A DNA stretch of 63,101 nt, counting the filler, from Hausera hauseri (taxonomy: Eukaryota): assembly GCA_046269625.1 (NCBI GenBank). It is 12 parts of 12 records of this genome, joined end to end, with 100 filler letters (N's around TTAATTAATTAA, not from the genome) between each part and the next. Parts side by side here need not be neighbours in the genome. Positions count along the whole stretch, not along the records: positions 58,890 to 63,101 come from JBJURY010697437.1; 11 more parts are not named here. One strand, given 5' to 3'. Under the pieces are notes generated by a model that saw only the letters and a program-made list of their open reading frames with translations, made no database searches and was not told the origin of the DNA. The translations under genes and the position numbers were made by a program. Positions 62,783-63,101 of this stretch are shown one piece after another. Every line of letters begins with the position of its first letter. The first letter of the stretch is position 1.

Positions 62783-63101
62783 ACATCTCTCCTATTCCAT
62801 CGAAATAAACCTCTTTTGGTCGGCAGTTTCCTCCCGATACATTTTCCCAAGTTAAACTACTATGTTTAGAAAATAACAACGATTTTTTTTTTTTTTTTTA
62901 GCTTTTTTTTTTTTTAATAATCAGACGTGGCAAGTTCAGACTCATGTGAGTTGGACAGTGCGTTTTGGTGTCATCATGTTATTTAGGGATCCGTCTTTTT
63001 TTTTTGGTCCCTCTTTTTTTTTTTTTCCCTTTGATCAGTTTATTATTTTTGCAACATGTCATGTGAGCAAGGTTACTAGCGCTTAAGCATTGAATGACAA
63101 T

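Overview
This is AT-rich eukaryotic (invertebrate animal-like) DNA, not one locus. Twelve unrelated contigs of about 4-9 kb are joined by artificial 100-nt spacers (44 N + TTAATTAATTAA + 44 N). Most of the sequence is decayed mobile DNA: at least four related CsRn1-like Ty3/Gypsy elements, two other Gypsy remnants, LINEs, piggyBac, hAT, pogo and Sola2-like transposases, and a Polinton capsid fragment. Host genes include La/SSB and Cdc25 (introns mostly 43-51 nt), HYPK and a RING exon, plus DPY19L, KIF15-like and kinesin-light-chain pseudogenes. The standout candidate system lies in the Gypsy elements. (1) Three separate elements carry a ubiquitin-like domain ending RIRGG / RIRDG / KLKGR just upstream of Gag. 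(2) One family has a ~1.25-1.33 kb LTR, present twice, that encodes a protein whose core differs between copies mostly by synonymous changes. Its frame stays open through U5, the LTR end and the PBS toward UBL-Gag, and it sits behind conserved RNA hairpins. Together these suggest an LTR-initiated leader-UBL-Gag polyprotein that a host deubiquitinase could cleave. An intact ORF1-only (HAL1-like) retroposon with a 16-bp TSD is also present. All homology calls are by eye from motifs; no searches were run.
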